Notes under the pieces: generated by a model
What the model was told of the DNA's origin: nothing
What the model saw: only the letters and a program-made list of their open reading frames with translations
The model's database searches: none
Translations under genes and position numbers: made by a program
DNA from: an uncultured Methanosarcinales archaeon
GTDB lineage: Archaea > Nanobdellota > Nanobdellia > Woesearchaeales > DATGWN01
Direction of reading: 5' to 3'
Length of the DNA: 36,467 bases
Assembly (NCBI GenBank): GCA_964565095.1
Contig: CAZMDB010000003.1
Coordinates: 1-36,467, forward strand
Shown here: in pieces, positions 33,669 through 36,467 of the stretch
How positions within the stretch are numbered: the first letter of the stretch is position 1
Layout: the number at the start of each line of letters is the position of its first letter

Positions 33669-35207
33669 ATGAGCAATGTGAAAGGCAAGATCATTTCTGG
33701 TTCTATCGGAAAGATACAGGTGCGCAAGCGCTCTGATGTGACCATCGAGATCGGAGAGCTTTTGATGGCGCAGGGTCCTACGGGATCGCAGCTGCTGCAG
33801 GTCATGGATATTGCGTACGGATCGCAGGTATCTCCTCAGAACATGGAGATGATTGCCGGCATGTCCCTTGAGGATGATGCGCTCTTCGAATTCTATGAAC
33901 CGGAGATGCGGCATTATGAGCTGGCTCATCTGAAAAGCCTTATCACTGTCGAGAATCATCAGGCGCGTTCCTCAAAGACGTTGCCGAGTTTTTTCGGGGA
34001 AGTGCGTACAGTGACCAAGGATGATTTCACATTCCTTGCGCGCGATAAGAAGGGATTGTTCCTGGGCTATCTGCGCAGTGGATCTGTACGGATGGAAGAT
34101 GTTCCCATCAGTCTCGATCTTGCAGAAGTGCTTTCCCATCATGTGCTCATTCCGGCAACAACAGGCAAGGGAAAGAGCAATCTGATGCGTCATATCATCT
34201 GGAATACGCTGCCAGAGGAGAGTTGCGGAATGTTGGTCCTGGATCCGCATGACGAATACTATGGCCGTAATGAGCTGGGGATAAAGGATCATCCGGAAAA
34301 GGAGAGGGTGGTGTACTATTCGGCGTCGGATCCTCCGCCCGGCCAGCTCTCACTGCGTGTACATATCAGCAGATTACGTCCCGGCCATTTTGCTGGTGCG
34401 CTTGCGCTCTCTTCCCCGCAGCAACAGTGCATGACGGCATATTATCAGAAATACGGGGATACCTGGATTGAAAACCTGTTCCATGAAGCGCCTATCCATG
34501 TGCATATCAATGAAGAGACATTGGCTGTGGTCAAACGCAAATTGAGCAACGTACTTTCCTTGTCCTATGATGGGACGGGCCTGGTCGGAAAAGGCATTTT
34601 CTGTCTGGATTCCGGGATGAAGACCGCGGATGCGGTTGCTGACGCCCTGGAGTCAGGGAAGGTTGTGATTGTGGACACTTCTCAGCTGTCGGGCAGTGCA
34701 GAGCTTCTTGTCGGCAGTTTTTTTGCCAATGTGGTGTTTTCCCGGTATCGGCGATATCATCAGGAAGGTAGTCTTGCCAAGAAGCCGGTCATCAGTATCG
34801 TGCTTGAAGAGGCACCTCGTGTACTCGGCAAAGATGTACTGGAGCGTGGGTCCAATATTTTTTCGACGATCGCACGAGAGGGTCGCAAATTCAAGGTAGG
34901 TTTGTGCGCGATCACGCAGTTACCTTCGTTGATCCCGAAACAGATACTTGCCAATATGAATACCAAGATCATCCTAGGTATCGAGATGGCTCCCGAGCGG
35001 CAGGCGATCATCGAGTCTGCGGCACAGGATCTTTCAGATGATAGCCGCAACATCGCATCTCTGGACAAGGGGGAGGCGATTGTCACCAGTAATTGTGCCC
35101 GTTTTGCCACGCCCATCTACGTGCCATTATTCCAGCGCACAGTGGAGAAAACCGTCAATGCATATAATGTGAAGTCTGCGCCCCCTCGGTTTGCTGAGCT
35201 GCAGTGA
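33669..35207 (+). CDS. herA: HerA/FtsK-family ATPase (HAS barrel plus DUF87)
   Basis: N-terminal HAS-barrel-like region, Walker [17 protein letters not shown], Walker [28 protein letters not shown]. Confidence 0.9.
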   Translation: MSNVKGKIISGSIGKIQVRKRSDVTIEIGELLMAQGPTGSQLLQVMDIAYGSQVSPQNMEMIAGMSLEDDALFEFYEPEMRHYELAHLKSLITVENHQARSSKTLPSFFGEVRTVTKDDFTFLARDKKGLFLGYLRSGSVRMEDVPISLDLAEVLSHHVLIPATTGKGKSNLMRHIIWNTLPEESCGMLVLDPHDEYYGRNELGIKDHPEKERVVYYSASDPPPGQLSLRVHISRLRPGHFAGALALSSPQQQCMTAYYQKYGDTWIENLFHEAPIHVHINEETLAVVKRKLSNVLSLSYDGTGLVGKGIFCLDSGMKTADAVADALESGKVVIVDTSQLSGSAELLVGSFFANVVFSRYRRYHQEGSLAKKPVISIVLEEAPRVLGKDVLERGSNIFSTIAREGRKFKVGLCAITQLPSLIPKQILANMNTKIILGIEMAPERQAIIESAAQDLSDDSRNIASLDKGEAIVTSNCARFATPIYVPLFQRTVEKTVNAYNVKSAPPRFAELQ

Positions 35208-35892
35208 TATCAGGAAAAAGCCATCCGTTATTGTCCGGCGATGGGATGGGATTGACATCAGGCGCATGCACGCTGGGATAGCCAGCAAGGATCCTGCGGA
35301 TCTGTTGTGAGTATCTTGTCTGCGTATGTTTCGTAGGCCGGGTAGTCTGAAAATGCATCAGTTGTACCTCGGGATCATGTTCGTACCCTGCTGACCATTC
35401 TGCTTCGAACACATATGTGTGCGCTCTGGCAGTAAGAAGGTCGTTGAGCACTGGATCCCATTGGCGCAGATGCAGCCGTTCCAATCGCGTACGCATGGTC
35501 CGAGGGCTGAACGGATTCAACCGGCGGTCCGTATAGAGGTCAGTCTGGGACTTTTGGCTGTGCCGGTTACTCTTACGCCCTGAATTCAGCCAGTGCCAGA
35601 CGCACTCATATTCCTTTCTGCCGACGTGCATGGGGGAATCGAACACATATTCGAAAGCGTCTGCTGGTGTGCCATTGTAGATTTTTCGGCAGAAATCGTC
35701 ATGCTTAGTACGGCGGAGGATATGGGTTGCCGCACTGAATGTGAGTAGTTCATCCAGGTTCAGGTGAGGATACAGGATATCGAGTTCGACCTCAGCAAGC
35801 CCATGATGGATGCTTGGCAGTAGCGACGGTACATATCGTCCCCCGCCAAAGGAGCGTAGCAGGTATGGTGCTCCAGGTAATCCTCGGTCCAT
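35155..35892 (-). CDS. Hypothetical protein
   Basis: 245-aa ORF with an AT-rich TATA-like upstream region; 3' end overlaps herA convergently. Confidence 0.55.
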   Translation of the reverse strand: MDRGLPGAPYLLRSFGGGRYVPSLLPSIHHGLAEVELDILYPHLNLDELLTFSAATHILRRTKHDDFCRKIYNGTPADAFEYVFDSPMHVGRKEYECVWHWLNSGRKSNRHSQKSQTDLYTDRRLNPFSPRTMRTRLERLHLRQWDPVLNDLLTARAHTYVFEAEWSAGYEHDPEVQLMHFQTTRPTKHTQTRYSQQIRRILAGYPSVHAPDVNPIPSPDNNGWLFPDITAAQQTEGAQTSHYMH

Positions 35893-35975
35893 TACACAGG
35901 GTGTGAGGAAGGGGGATTTATATATCTTTGTATATTTGTTACTTATAAGTAGCTAATATGGTCACTAATGAAAAG

Positions 35976-36467
35976 CTAATAGTTGGAAAGGCGTTTCTGA
36001 ACGCCCACTGACGACCAGATCATGCTCTTTGCGAACAGATGTGCGGGATCATAACTACAACGTTTCTCAAGCAGTTTCTGGGCATAGGTCCGCATAAGCT
36101 CTTTGCTTCCGAAGGTGACAGGGGTGGATCTGAGAGCCTTGCGGACCGCTTCACGGACCACCCATACGCCGAGCGGGGCATAATACTCATCAGTGATCAC
36201 CCGCAGAGCAAGCACGCTTGCCTGGCGTTTCCTATTGTGAAGGTATTCGAGGATGGGCAGACGTGCGGCATAATAGCCCCCTTCGCAGTTTTCCGCGTAG
36301 GATGTGCGCCCGCAAAAAGGTTCATGATCGGTGGTACACTCTTTGCTCTTGTAATAGGTCTCGAAGAGTTCATAACTGAACATGTCATCCAAGAAAAGCA
36401 GAAGAAAGTAATTGCCTAGGTGTCCGCCGAAGAATGCGGTATGCTGCATGGTATCGGATGTACGGAT
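35976..36467 (-). CDS. nreA: Nre family DNA repair protein, C-terminal part (5' end outside the window)
   Basis: GGYYAARLPILEYL..RQA, EYYAPLGVWVVREAVRKA and terminal PIP-box QKRLSNY; the frame stays open to the window edge. Confidence 0.9.
   Translation of the reverse strand: MRTSDTMQHTAFFGGHLGNYFLLLFLDDMFSYELFETYYKSKECTTDHEPFCGRTSYAENCEGGYYAARLPILEYLHNRKRQASVLALRVITDEYYAPLGVWVVREAVRKALRSTPVTFGSKELMRTYAQKLLEKRCSYDPAHLFAKSMIWSSVGVQKRLSNY

Overview
This is an archaeal chromosomal window, most consistent with a DPANN/Nanobdellota lineage such as Woesearchaeota. Supporting signs are TATA/BRE promoters with mostly leaderless genes, an intron-containing tRNA(CAT), the gins-rpl44e-rps27e-aIF2alpha cluster, Dph2, Nre, TrmB and Lrp regulators, and class III signal-peptide surface proteins. 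It contains about 40 CDS, including two missing from the ORF track (a partial response regulator at 1-256 and a 33-aa CxxC..CxxC micro-protein at 4971-5072), a 2173-aa surface protein, and an HTH-PIN-HerA run. I saw no CRISPR array, rRNA, integrase or transposase. The best candidate for an undescribed system is the divergent locus Lrp <- operator -> wHTH/DUF835-like protein + thymidylate-synthase-fold protein whose catalytic Cys is replaced by Gly. Its palindromic operator (TTCAG-CAGTnnT-CTGAAT) recurs just upstream of the rpl44e promoter. Other notable items: a 213-nt multi-hairpin element closed by a 16-bp inverted repeat next to the tRNA, an acetate kinase with degenerate active-site motifs, an AT-rich C-terminal tip on the giant protein, and a truncated Dph2 abutting a Cys-rich protein. 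All family calls come from motif recognition by eye; no searches were run.
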